From the NCBI GenBank assembly GCA_965649765.1, contig OZ287759.1, forward strand, positions 30,256,001 through 30,320,000: 64,000 bases of DNA, in the 5' to 3' direction. Position 1 is the stretch's first letter; every line of letters starts with the position of its first letter. Below, piece after piece: positions 1-12,809 of the stretch. The position numbers and the translations under genes are program-made. Under the pieces are notes generated by a model that saw only the letters and a program-made list of their open reading frames with translations, ran no database searches and was not told where the DNA came from. Source of the DNA: Bispira polyomma. Lineage: Eukaryota.

Positions 1-401
1 AAGTGTTGGGAGTGCTAGCGTCGGGGAGCAGCAGTGGCGTTGTTGGTGGCAATCCTCCTAGTGGTAGTGGCAATCCTCCTGGTGGCGGCAACAGGAAGTT
101 GGGATTACGAGATGGACCAAAGTACTTTGTACTCGACGACGATGCTAAAGCCGCAGATGCGGCCGCGGCAGCTGCACGCAGGACGGCCCGGGCAGCAAAC
201 GCGCGCGCAACGGCGGCCATTGTGGAGCAACAGGAAGATCCCGAGAAGTCGCCGGAAGAAGAAAATGAAGAGAATGACAGCAAGGAGTTCAGTCGGAACA
301 ACTCGTGGCATGAGATCACGCTAAGACCAACGCGTGTGTCAGCGGCCAATGTGAATAATACCAGTACTGAGAATACGACTGGCAAAACCAGCTGGCCTTA
401 A
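1..401 (+). other. GC/CpG-rich low-complexity open frame, cut by the window edge (3' end of an unknown exon or transposon ORF)
   Basis: Abrupt GC-rich island in AT-rich DNA; 132-codon frame with Gly/Pro, poly-Ala and acidic runs; no recognisable domain. Confidence 0.3.
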
Positions 402-486
402 TATTATTATATGTGTGTATAATATCAGATACTGTACACACGTTAACATTTTATAGAGATACATGTGAATATATATTATATATATA

Positions 487-679
487 TTGTGACAGAAATT
501 CTAATCCGACAAGATTTGAAGAAATTCTGTCGACAGAGACTCCAATTGGAGTTAAAGACTTTAAATTTCTGTCAGCAAAAATGCCAATAGTGGGATTTAT
601 GTCGAATGTACCTGAAAAGATTTAAAATTCTGTTGACAGAAATTCTATAAATGTTGTCAGATTGGAATTTCTGTCACAA
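487..679. mobile_element. MITE with about 31-bp terminal inverted repeats
   Basis: ttgtgacagaaattctaatccgacaagattt (487-517) matches the reverse complement of 649-679 with 3 mismatches; internal gacagaaatt sub-repeats. Confidence 0.7.
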
Positions 680-2839
680 CACATATATATGTATACATCT
701 GGGTATAAGAATATAAGATATGGAGGTATTTTGTGAAGTGGATTGTTGTAAGCAAAAAAAAAGCTTAAAAGATTATTAAGTTTCCAACTTTATGGAGGTG
801 ATGTGTACGCTGTCAAATCCAGTTAAGGGTAGAGAACTATCTTAAGTCAACTGTGTCCCTTTATGTGGATTAAAAAACCCAAACAATTTAACTGTAAGTC
901 TTTGCAGGCACAATATCTTAGTGCGCTCGAACAAAAAACTGTGAAGCAAAAATCAAGGGACACAATAATTGTCAGTAATCCAGGAATGAGCAAAGTGTAT
1001 TGCTAGGCTAGGCTAATGCTAATGGGTAATTTTTTCAGATGCTTTCTGGAGTAGGTAATAGAGCACTGGATCTAATATGTATAAAAGGTGAAAAGAATTT
1101 CCAAATATACAGGGAGCATAAAGTAAATAAAACTGAGAAAGACAGTAAAACAAACAAAAAACCATTGTAAATTAATTTTGTTGCAATTGTGTTATATTAA
1201 CCCTGTAGTATATTGGTAGCTGCTTTTTCCTCCCAAAGCATTTCTGTTTTTTTGATGCTTCATTTAATATTGTATGCTAATGTATATGTTAAATTTGTTT
1301 TCATTATATTTATGTAATTGTCATAAAGTTAACTGTATACACAAAGAAGTGTTGAATGATATTATTTTATCTTGTTATTCTTATGCTTTATATTATATAC
1401 AGCTGTAGCTATTTTTTCCTCCCGAGTCAACAGTCAAAAATAGAACTTGTCACATATGTCATTGTTATCTTAACAAACAGCAGAATGGGACATTGAGAGT
1501 AAGGAATCGAAAAAATTCGGCACTGTATCTGCAATTTGCGACCTAGAAAATGATGCGTTTGTGGTATAATTGTGGGTAATATTTGCTGATGTTCAGATGT
1601 TTGTGATTATATTTTGCCTTGATACTTACCTAAATTCCAGTTATTTTTGGCCACTGTTTATTAATTTGGCTTAAATTTTTAAAGGGATGGTGAATTTTAG
1701 ATAAAGTGGACAATTTTAGATTCCTTACTCTTTAGTAATTTGGGTATAGAATTCCAACATGACAAGTTATACTGAAGTCCCAATTTTTGTTCATGCAGGT
1801 ATACTACACATCTATCTAAAGCGACAATGCATACCAGCTGTTTACCATGACTTCCGATCTGTAAACAAACATTACCATGTTTGTGTAAATGTGCAGTCAT
1901 GTTAGAATTGAGGTAAGCTATTCCTAGTCGTGTAATGTGATGACAACATAAATGCATTGCACTTCTGGTAATAATTGCACTCAAAGATTTAAGACTTTGC
2001 ACTCCTGGTCAAAGCTTATCCCTCTACAATAAAATGTAAACCAAAAATAAGCGGAACCATATGTATATTGGATTTGTTTTGAATTTGAACCTCTTATTTA
2101 GAATCTCCATTTTACTATAACAGTAAGAGAAAAGTTCAAATTCATTTCTTAACAGCACTAAACTAAATTCAAAGGATGAAAATTGTGCCATTACGTTCAA
2201 GTTAATTAGTACCGGCTGCTCTAAATATAACTAGATTGAACCGGTTTTAATTGGCTACAACAAGGCATGGCATTTGGCTGGTCACTGGACAATGGATTTG
2301 AAAACATTCAAGTGCATTTGGAAGAAGCTATGGTAACATTGACAGGAACCAATTGTCCTCACTCAGTATCTACTTTGAATGAAATGTCCTTGTATAATGT
2401 AAATATTTATACCATAATGTACTCTTTTATGTGTGCAAGATGATGTCTTGTGATTAACTTCAGATAGAAGAATTAACTGGTCTTGTTTTGATAATGCAAG
2501 GGTTTTTCAAAGAAAATTGTGGAATGTGTGAAATATTAACAAAACTATTAAACCCCTTGATGACCTTGTTGGTATATAATATTGTTGTATAACTCCATTA
2601 GCACACAGGAATAAAATGTATTTGGTACAGGCCTTTTAACATAATGATAAATATATTTTTTAATTTGTGAAGTAATAAATTGTTGCAAAAACATCATTTG
2701 TGGCAAAGGGGTTAAATACATTCTGGTAATGTGCCTGGTATTCTAGTATTCGTTCACTACATTAGACAATCTTTATCATATTCAGTCAAGTATATAAAAC
2801 CAAGAAGGTTGTTGTAGTATTTTAGTACCATATAATATA

Positions 2840-3226
2840 CAGTAGAACCTCTATTTATATAAACTTTTATTAGCCGAATATGCGATTTTATTTACTCATT
2901 TTTATTCGTTTTGGCTATTGTTTTTATATACAAAGAAACCTATTTTATTAATGTTCCATCCAAACAAATTTGTTTTCTTTTTTCACAGGTCTGTGTTATG
3001 GCAACATATTTATAATAATATAAGAACACTGAGCTGATTTGCGCACAACGTGTATTAATTATTAGCACTGTAACAATTAAATATGATAGGTTCCCACTTG
3101 TTCCATATATTACTAAACCTTACAATTGAACTATTTAATTTAGCTAAATTGTCTTAATAATAATAATGCACTTACCAAACAAAATGTTGCTCTCTTAACA
3201 TGTTCAGATAATAGAGGTTCTACTGT
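2840..3226. mobile_element. Tc1/mariner-pogo-type MITE (CAGTAGAACCTCT family)
   Basis: ta|cagtagaacctct ... agaggttctactg|ta. Related ends occur near 5738, 6683-6851, 6871-7300, 21593-21691 and 31563. Confidence 0.7.
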
Positions 3227-3717
3227 ACTTCTTGCAGTCTGATCTAATAATCTGTCAGACGTCGTCTTAAGATTACCAGTATGTTTTGTCATTATATACA
3301 GCCTGACTTCTAAAAACTATTTGTAACTCAACACACAAGTCCTTTCAAATCAAAAGTTGTACTTAAAATGAATGTAGGATTTGCACGGAATCTGTGACAA
3401 AGACTATTTCAGAGCTGTATGCTTTCTGAGTCATCAAAAAAATGTTTGTTTTATGTTTTAAAAGGTTTTGATAAGCACTGTAATATCTATAATTTATTAA
3501 AAACCATGGACCATTTTTAGAATTGACTAGACAGGTTGCGGCCATCTTGGATTTTGGCGGATGAATACATGACACTAAACCTTATGGATAACACTAAACC
3601 TTATGGATAACACGAAACCCTGTAATGCTGTGATAGTAAGAAGAACTACTTTTAATATGGCTACACCTTGTGAAAGTGAATTCTTGAATTTTAGCCAAAA
3701 CAATACATTTTTATGTA

Positions 3718-3885
3718 CCCTAAACTCTCTCTGAATAACCCATGGACTTTTAAGGTGAATTTAAGGAAATGTAAGAGATGGGCTCTAAAGAGAATGTGGT
3801 TTTTCCATTCAAATTTCAACAATATTTATAGAAAACTAGGGGTGGGCTATTATGAAAGCATGGGCTATTCAGAGGGAGTTTAGGG
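3718..3885. mobile_element. TA-flanked MITE
   Basis: ta|ccctaaactctctctgaataacccatg ... catgggctattcagagggagtttaggg|ta inverted ends with 2 mismatches. Confidence 0.7.
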
Positions 3886-4313
3886 TATATATATGTCATG
3901 TGCAAGTTGAGATTTTGTACAAGTTGCAACTTAGATTTCTGTACAACTTGTATATAACATACGTATAATATATATTTAGGATTTCCGAAGTGAATCTAAT
4001 GATTCTTATGGTAGTTTTGTAAAATATTTATTACAAAGCCCAAAATTAGTATGTAATATCTAGGAGGTACACCATCTTTACTTCATGAAAATGCAAGGGC
4101 ACTACTACATAAGTGGAAATTTAAACCAGGAAAATAAATTTTAGTTATTTTAGCTGATAAGTTGGGATGTATGTAAAAATTATTTTCCAAGGCAAATTTG
4201 AACTTTATATTTTAATATTTTGACTAAACATTAGCCAATATTGACCAAAAATAATCCTACTGAACTTTGCAAACATTTTAAATTAGTGAAAATTTCTTCT
4301 TTTGAGGAATGAT

Positions 4314-4535
4314 ATATCCATTAAATCCAGGTAGAAGGGCAAGCTATGTGCTCTACTGGGTAACTTGGTAAAGGTATGGGCTATTGGCCACAATTATCTA
4401 TCCATTAATTCCGGGTAGAAGGGGGAGCTATGTGCTCTACTGAGTACCTTGGTAAAGGTATGGGATATTGGCCACGGAAAGATCTATCCGTTAAATCTGG
4501 GTAGAAGGGGGAGGTATGTGCTCTACTGAGTGCCC
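4314..4535. repeat. Tandem repeat, about 85-bp unit, about 2.6 copies
   Basis: ggtagaaggg...tatgtgctctactg recurs at about 4330, 4414 and 4500. Confidence 0.8.
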
Positions 4536-5181
4536 TTTTAGTTTTATCACATTGAAGGTACACTTGCGTGTACAAGTATGTCCTCTGTAAATATGATGTC
4601 TAATAAATTGTCACATTGACTGCCTAAGTAACAGCCAACCAGCACCAGTAACTGTCATTCCCCAAGCTGAAGACAGAGGCTTAAGGATGACATAATTTAT
4701 CAACATCCCTGAAGTTTCTTGAGCCTGCTACTGGGGACTAGGACCCATATAGCAGAGAACCATCCTATTATGTATGTGGGAATTCCAGGCTGGGATTGAA
4801 ACCTAGGACCGTTGTGTTTCTGAGTGAGTGTGTTACCCACAAGGCCACAATGTCATAGGCTATCAGTATGTACAAACAACAAGGTTATTAAAGATGTAAG
4901 TCATGTCAGGGCTGTTAATAATGTATCTGTATGATTTTTGTACAGAAATCATTGCATCTTGTTTTGTGATAAAAAATCAATTTGAAACCCGGTCATTAAA
5001 CTGCTTCAGTTATTTGTTGTTAAAATAATCAGTCAGGTGCTTATTGAAGAGGGTTTTAATCAATAACAATACAAGTTTGTGATTATGTTTTTGGCAAAGA
5101 TTCTTTATATTTTCAAAAATATAATAGTACATGGTAATTTAAAGCTCAAGGTTCTGTACAATACAATATGATTAATTAGTC

Positions 5182-5408
5182 AAATTTAAATTTAGTTTGG
5201 TTTATGTAGTTGTCAACAGCGTAGGTCATATCATGAAGGCCACATTCAATGGTGGAATAAAATGATAGTCATGGTGCTGTAAAGCACCGACCTACGGCAA
5301 GTAATTGACATACTTTCCCCACATGAAGGAACTAACGGGATTCCCTAACCCAGATTGGTGAGAGGCCAATGATTGTGAAGCAGGCGCTTCCAACCACTGG
5401 GCCACCCT
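5182..5408 (-). mobile_element. tRNA-derived SINE (main family in this window)
   Basis: Reverse copy of the family seen at 11009, 29249, 33302 and 59623. Confidence 0.65.
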
Positions 5409-5952
5409 GATTTATTAGTTGATTACTTATTTATATTCTGAGGCTGTTTTTAGTGCATTTTTTTACCATAACAAGAATAAGTGAGCTTCAAAGAGATATT
5501 TATTATTATAAATCAATTAAATGCCAGCAGTTAATTACTTCACTGTATCTGTAGTATCGCTATATACAGCGGAAAGGTTCAAATACCGATTTGAATAATG
5601 TAGCAAAATGTTATATTTCACGGGCTTTACTGATTGTTACTTCTCAGTGTGTTTTGTACACACATTATGTATTGTCTTTGCTTGTATATGTAACTCTCTT
5701 AGTTCTGTGATCCTGTATGAAATGTGTTGATAAAATACAGTAGAACCTCTATTATCCAAACATGTTGAGAAAAAGAAGATTTTGTTCAAATAGTAAAGAA
5801 AGCTCATCAAATAGAAGATGTATTGTAGTAGAAGACAATGGGAAAATACAAACTTGGGGAAAAAGGAAATGAGTACAGAAAACCAACCTATGTCTTTTGG
5901 CAAGCAGTCAACACACCTAAAATATAAATTGATTATTCTTCAATTCCTTACA

Positions 5953-6131
5953 GAGGGCCACGGTGGCCTAGTGGTTAGAAGTGCTTGCTAATACTCACTG
6001 GTCTCTCACCAATGTGGGTTCGAGTCCTGATGGTCCCTTCATGTGGAAAAGTTTGTCAGGTACTTGCTGTAGGTCGGTGGTTTATAGCTTTAGCACTGAT
6101 TTCTTCCAGTGGTATGACCAAATTCAAATTC
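5953..6131 (+). mobile_element. tRNA-derived SINE, internally deleted
   Basis: A box tggcctagtgg, B box ggttcgagtcc, body tgtggaaaagtttgtcaggtacttgctgtaggtcggtggttt. Confidence 0.7.
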
Positions 6132-6681
6132 GTTCCTCGCAATAAGAATTTCCCATTTAAAAAATTATACATAAGGCCGTTATTGAACGCCAGAAGTAGT
6201 CTGTGGTGTGCGTTTTGGTGACTCCAGCTATCTGTCACCTATTACCCAAAAAGTTTCCTTTAGTTTCCGGCAATCGTTTTCTCTTTGGGGTCAAAAGGGT
6301 TGAATCAAATTTTTAAAGGACCAGTTGAAAAATACATCTACTTAATAAGTAGGATTCCCACCTAACAGGGTAGATTTAAAAAAGAAAAGGCCTATCTGGG
6401 ACTACAGATTTGATGTTACATGCAGAAGGTAGGTTGACTTACAAGGGGGATTGACTGTATTTGGAACGTAGAAGTTTGGTTAATTGAGGTTCTACTGTTT
6501 TAGTAGTCTATAAAAGATGTGGCCATATGGAAACGCTGTAGTAAGTGTTTCTGTATACAGTTTTGAATAATTATCTGACATATAACATATACAAGTTTAG
6601 TTTGGTGATCAGACTTGGGAGAATAGTTATTATACCAGGGGATGATATTGCTTGAACTGTTGGTGTGATTTGATATATATA

Positions 6682-6853
6682 TAGTAGAACCTCTATTATC
6701 CGACTATTCGATTTTACCAATCAATTTCATTATTCCAACCTTATGTTTTAATATTGTTTTGTACTAAAATGCCCCTTCCATTTTATGTACCTTCTATTAT
6801 CCAAACAAATTCTCACTCTCCCAATTTTGTCAGATAATAGAGGTTCTACTGTA
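6682..6853. mobile_element. Tc1/mariner-pogo-type MITE
   Basis: agtagaacctctattatccgac ... gtcagataatagaggttctactgta inverted ends. Confidence 0.7.
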
Positions 6854-8159
6854 CATGTATAAATACAAATAGAAGAACCTCTATAATATCCAAACATGTT
6901 GGGGAGAGCAAGATATTGTTTAACCTCTGGACGACCTTGACCCAGAAGGTCAAAAGCCATTTCTATTCACCAGTGGTGCCGTGTTCATCGGCCAGCAGTC
7001 GACGGTATATAATATTATTATATAGCTCCCTTAGCACACAGGAATATATGTGGTACAGTGCTTTAAACATAAAATTAAATATATGTTCTAATTTGTGAGG
7101 TAATATAAGTGGTAGAAAAACATCATATGTGACATCATAAAGTTGACGAAGGAGTTAAAGTAACGAGGGAAGGTTAATAAAATAACCAGAAGTATTTCTG
7201 TAATAAAAAATAGGGCAAACATCCATCTAGGAGATTGGCGGAAATTAATTTCATCGAATGGAAAATTCAGATAATAGGAACGTTTGGATAATAGAGGTTC
7301 TGGGGCCGTATTCTCGAGGGAAACTCAAGCTGAACTCAAATGAAGTCTATGTGGAAGTCATTGTATATATGGAGATAACATGTACTTGTGACCATCCATT
7401 TTAATAGAGCTTTCAGTGCTGAATTCAAATATGCAGACAGTTTGTATTTAATTTCACTCTAGCCAGAGATATATGTGGACTTTTTAAATTTGAGCTGGAA
7501 TCTGAGTTTTAGCTTGAGATCTTTCGAGACTTTGGCCCGCTGTTGTATATATAGACATTATTGTTCTGTTCTTCTTGTTTTTGTTGTTTTATAATATATA
7601 ATACATGATGGTAGAGAGTTTTGTATATATACAAAATGTTCTTACATAGGCTGACTCTTTCATTATTCTAAACATAAGCTAAATAACCAAACAGAGAAGA
7701 ATACACACACAAAAAAAAACACTAGCTATCTGTTATAGAAAGGTTATTTTTGAGAAAATAAAATTTTCTCAAATTTACTCTTTATTTTCTTATTTTACGT
7801 TACATCCTGTGTTTTATTATTAAAACCTTACTATTTAGAATAGACAAAAATATACAATCATTGTAAAATATACAAGGAAACATGACAACATGAATATACA
7901 TTGAACAATACCTGTAATATATTAGTTATTGATTTAACCCTTTCAGTCCCTAGGTTGTCGGCTGGCCGACCGATGACATGTCTTACTCCCAGTACCTATG
8001 TCTGTTGGCAGGCAGCTGATATACCCCTAAAATATGATCTTATTTTCCTTCCGTTCCTCGCAATAGGTAATGGTTAGTACAGCAGCATCTCTGGTTGTGT
8101 CGTCAGAGGTGCACAAAATGTTAGTTCTTAGGGGGAACATAGAAATCAATAGTGGGTTT

Positions 8160-8426
8160 TTAAAACAGTTTAAAAGTAGCCAATATTATTGTAACACCTT
8201 GACCCTTACAGGCTTTGAAAACATTCTTAAACGTGGCCAATACCATTGTAACACCTTGACCCTTACAGGCTTTCAAAACATTCTTAAACGTAGCCAATAC
8301 CGTTGTAACACCTTGACCGTAACAGGCTTTCAAAACATTTTAAACGTGGCCAATACCATTGTAACACCTTGACCATAACAGGCTTTCAAAACATTTTAAA
8401 CGTGGCCAATACAATTGGAACACCTG
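8160..8426. repeat. Minisatellite, 56-57-bp unit, about 5 copies
   Basis: aacacct recurs near 8193, 8250, 8307, 8363 and 8419; the unit resumes at about 8746 after a MITE. This explains ORF 8070..8372. Confidence 0.85.
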
Positions 8427-8736
8427 GGGCCTTATTCACTAACAAGTGAAATTCTATTCCTAACTTAGATTTTAAGTATTGTGGCCATTTTGTATTAACT
8501 TAGAACCAAGTGGTATTCACGAAGGAAAACTTACTTACTTTAGAGAAAAAACTTAGATTTCAAGTAAGCAGATGAGGTACCTTAGATTTCTTTCCTAACT
8601 TGGATTCTAAGAAAAAGGTAAGTAAGTGGAATTTTTCACTTGTTTGTGAATACCACTTCCAAGGAAATCTTTAGAAAAATTTACTTACTTTGGAAAGTAA
8701 GTGAAAAAATATTTCACTTGTTAGTGAATACGGCCC
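8427..8736. mobile_element. PIF/Harbinger-like MITE with CTG target duplication
   Basis: ctg|gggccttattcactaacaagtgaaa ... tttcacttgttagtgaatacggccc|ctg. A related GGGCC-ended element lies at about 7301-7538. Confidence 0.75.
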
Positions 8737-9339
8737 CTGGACTAGAACAGGCTTTCAAAACGTTCATATTATATCACAATCGGCATTTCACTGGTGGAGA
8801 ACACCAATACAGGGTACAGTTGGTTGACATTTTTGTACTAAAAACAACTAGCCTTCGCCAAGTTTACTGTCAGTCAGGGCCAAGAATTACAACTTCTGGA
8901 AGTAGGAGGCAACAGCATCCAACTTATAACACGTAACACATCTTAATAATGCATTTTGAGTGATGAAGGTCACATATTGAATGTTTTTACAAAACCATCT
9001 TTACTCCATTATGACGACTATGCTGCATAGTTTGACATTATTTTAATCAAATCTCTACTATGGGAAGATTCAACATCCTATATACTAAATATACTAATGT
9101 TAATCAAATCTCAATTGGGGGAAGATTCAACATCCTATGTACTAAATATACTAATGTACTGAGTCACATTTTTACACTAACTTGACGTATGATAATTTTG
9201 TTGTCCAAACTTCTAATATCCAAATATTTTTTATAACGTTACTTTGTGCTTAATGTAACAAAATCTAGTTGGATCTCTAAATATGTCTTTTGCAAACTGT
9301 GGCAATAGATGAACAAACCTACAACTGTATTTTTGAATG

Positions 9340-9660
9340 ATTTGCCAGATAATGTCAAAACATGCTAAGACCTTCTTAGGGTCCTCCAAGTCTTAACTAA
9401 AAACACATCTTTCTAAAACAGCTTATTAAATATATTAAAATGTCAAAATAACTTTGGAATAACAAATTTTAGCTTGGTGAAACCCCTAGCTTTGAGCAGG
9501 GTCATTAAATTTTAATTAAAAGTACAGTTTTATTAAATAGTGTATATATTTATTATACACTGCATTTTATAATTATATTTACTCAATGTTTTATTGTAAA
9601 AAAGTGCTTGAGAGCATTTTCTAGGAATGGATCGTGCGATATAAATCTGGTATATAATTA
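9340..9660 (+). mobile_element. Old L2-type LINE 3' end lying antisense in the receptor 3' UTR
   Basis: Degenerate LPDNVK...LKTHLF coding remnant and gcgatataaat tail; reverse-complement homologue at about 35730-35992. Confidence 0.55.
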
Positions 9661-9681
9661 TCTATCTCATTACCCATACAC

Positions 9682-10247
9682 TCATGGGTATATACTATTT
9701 TTTGAATACCAGGGACTTAGTAATATAAAAGACGCAGATGTAAACATGATGATGAACACTAGACAGAAGAATATCCTGTCCACAACCTTCGCCAGAAGCT
9801 GCCACTCCTTTGCAATGATAGACTCGTCCTTCCTGGTTATCAGAGGAGGTGCCTCCTGACGCCTGGCGTGCCGCTTTCTGGGCTGTTTCTGCACGTTGTG
9901 GTAGTGCATGGCTTCTTGGAGAATCGCTTCTGTCATGAGGTTGCTTTCAGACAGGGTCATGTGTCGCGGGGGATCATAGAGTCTTTCAATTTCGTTGATA
10001 TCGTTCACGTCATTGCCACAGGTCATATCGTAGTGCCTTACATTGTTCGGTCTCAGTCTGGGCTGCTTCAGATAGGGTGAGTCGTAGACCTCCGGTATGC
10101 ATAAAAGGCGCGAAATTTTGATGAGGAAAAGTGACCTGGCCCAGTTTGGTATTGCTGTGTGACTCCCCCTGTGGTGTAAGTGGAGAACTACCACAGTCAG
10201 GCAAACAGAGGCCGTCCCCAGAGCCATTGTAGAAGCAAGATATATTA
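9682..10247 (-). CDS. nAChR-like subunit, last coding exon (M3, intracellular loop, M4, stop)
   Basis: ttttcag|TA ATA TAT CTT, phase 1. Encodes IYLASTMALGTASVCLTVVVLHLHHR...PNWAR...EWQLLAKVVDRIFF, the classic nAChR M3/MX/MA/M4 motifs. Confidence 0.95.
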
Positions 10248-11008
10248 CTGAAAATGCAGGGATATTTACTGATGTATTAATCTGTGCACCCACATACCAA
10301 AAGAAAGAGAGAGGTACAGGTTTTAACATTTTTGTAACAAATTTCATAACAGTACACTAATAAAAAATTGCCTATTTCTACAATTAGGGGAATAACAGTT
10401 CCTTGGTGCTCGTTAGCTGCATTGGTGAATTTGGAACTGTACAAGGATCTACTACATGCCCCTTTCCTGTAACAAATTTTACGACAGTACCTTGGGGGAC
10501 ATTAATAAAAGGTCATCCCCAAGCTTTTGTCTATAATTAGGCGAATGACAGTTCCCTGGTGCTGGTTGGCTGCACTGATGAAATTAGAACCATAAACAGA
10601 TCTACTATTAGCCTTTATCTGGCCTTGATATCTAACCTATCAGGCTAGGATAATGTAAAAACTTGTCATCAGGTGAATAGTTGCAAAAATTGTAAACTCA
10701 ACTTTCAGAATCTACCATCAAATGTGTATCACTGTGTTCTATTTCAAAAGATCTTGCTTTATCCCAAAAGTGAACTCTGGTCTCATTGTGATGAGAAAAT
10801 GGTAACCTTAGTGATTTTCTTAAAACAATATTTTTACTTTATGAACAGCTTAATTCTGATGATAAGAACAGTAGAATTCCATTTTTGGATATATCAGTGG
10901 ATACAATTACATATATTAAGACATACTTATCCGACATTCTTGTCGAGATATACTTCAGTAAACCATGAACTGTCTATCACAGAACCCCTAGTCTCTATAC
11001 ATCCTAAT

Positions 11009-11252
11009 GGGGCCCATGGTGATCTACTTGTTAGAAGCACCTGCTTCACAATCACTGGCCTCCCACCAATGTGAGTTTGAATCCTGTTCGTTCCTTCATG
11101 TAGGAAAGTTTGTCAGGTACTTGCCGTAGGTCGGTGGTGTACAGTGCTTCGACACTAGTTTTTTCCACTATTAAATCTGGTTGGTTAGGCTATAGTTGCG
11201 ATATAACCTAAGCTGTTTAAAGCGACGTTAACCCGCTAAGTAAATTCAAATC
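11009..11252 (+). mobile_element. tRNA-derived SINE (MetaSINE-like central domain)
   Basis: tRNA-like head, ggtcggtggt...ttttccacta body, gatataacctaagctgtttaaagcgacgttaaccc tail, ttcaaa end. Confidence 0.7.
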
Positions 11253-11976
11253 TATATCATAATGTACACATTCACGCAATTAACAAAAATGGAAGGATCC
11301 AGTTCTTTAAATAATTTATTTCAAATAATAAAGTGGTCTACATTTTACTGTTCTAACACACTCAACTTATATTCTTTAGATAAACAAACAACATTTTATA
11401 AAGTATTTTCATATATTGAAACACCTTTGTTTATTCACAGAATTCCAAGTAGCCTTTTTGAGGGTTTGTTTGACCTGCAAAAATAAGGGCAACTTGAGGA
11501 TGAACAAACACTCACAGATACCGCTTTGAATTCTCTAGTATAAATAAGGCAGTTCAAAATTAATATTATTCAAACTATAGTTTCTTATTTATCCCTAGAA
11601 TAAATTATCTGAGAAACTGTTCTAATGCTAACCTAGACTGAGTTTTATGTCATCGAAACAACTGTGTTTTATTTTAACAACTTCCCAAATCTAATATGGC
11701 AGTTTACTACGTTCTATACAATAGGAAATATACAGATATATTATCAAATAATGATATTAAGGTAAATTTCTAATTTTAGGTTGACCATAAATTTAATATT
11801 GTGTACAGCTATTGGATTAATCAGTATAAACTCAATTAATTAAATAGAAAGATGTTTATTTTTGTGTGTTATAAGTTCCGTGTCAGATTTGTTAAGCTTT
11901 GCTTATGGCAACCGCTCTGTTGTCCACGCAAAAATCCAAGCATTGTCGAGGACAGAAAACTAGGTCTAGTGCTTAC

Positions 11977-12199
11977 CTAGAATTGGAGTGTTGAGTGAAG
12001 TCCTTGGTACATTGTCAGCCAACATAAGGAGAAACACAGTGAAGGCCAGCAAGACAGATATCCCTGCGCTGATCTTCTCGCCGGCATCAGGAGGGACACA
12101 GAACACAATAAGTATGAGCACAGAAAGTAGTGCACACGGCAGAATGATGTTTACCACATAAAAGGTGTACCGTCTGTTCATGTAAATGGTGAACACAAC
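11977..12199 (-). CDS. nAChR-like subunit exon (pre-M1, M1, M2, M2-M3 loop)
   Basis: cttcag|GTT ... CTA G|gtaagc; 223 nt, phase 0 to 1. Encodes VVFTIYMNRRYTFYVVNIILPC...PPDAGEKISAGISVLLAFTVFLL...VPRTS. Confidence 0.95.
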
Positions 12200-12809
12200 C
12201 TGAAGAAGGAAAAGACATGTTGGAAAGTTATGTCCCAATTAGCCCCAACTAAACTAAACTCTCTATGCAAATAGAGAACAGTGACAAGGACCCTAACCTA
12301 TTCCAATTACATACCAACAGCTTTATTGTTCTATAAGAGAAGTGCCTCTTCTATTTTTGACCTTCTATAATCTGAACAAAATGTGCTCTTTCAACATGTT
12401 AAGTCAATATAGGTTGAAAATATACACCAAAGATGCCACAATTAGCAGACTGTCCGCCACCATGTAGTGGCTTCGGTGCACACTTGTCTTCCACATCTGA
12501 GATTGGTGTTGGCAGTAGACTTGCTGAAGGCTATTGGTTTGCAGAGCAGAAAAACTTGACTAACTACCCTATTCTTATTTGCTCCATCAGTGAATTGCCT
12601 TGTCATGATAAGATACAAAATGTATTGTAAGCGAAGTTATTACATCCAAAACTAAAAATTCATAGATTTGGTTTATGTTTTGTTATTAACACCAGAGCCT
12701 CATGTCGGTTGTTTAATATTCCTCAACATTAGACCACAGAGACCAAAAACAGTATCAAGAAACACATTTTATACTAGATTAATAGAGTAGTAATCAGTAG
12801 AGCACACAC

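Noticed and set aside
34-324. ORF with an apparent signal peptide (MALLVAILLVVVAILL)
   Set aside because: It starts at GTG, and the hydrophobic run is the alternate frame of a short gtggcaatcctcct repeat.
5953-6040. tRNA genes at SINE heads (also 15517, 29249, 59623)
   Set aside because: A and B boxes are followed by a shared SINE body and tail, sometimes with target duplications, and no clean cloverleaf forms.
10248-10347. 5' parts of ORFs 9682..10347, 11966..12238, 18406..18786 and 20941..21204
   Set aside because: These are intronic read-through beyond the splice sites; only the trimmed exons fit the receptor.
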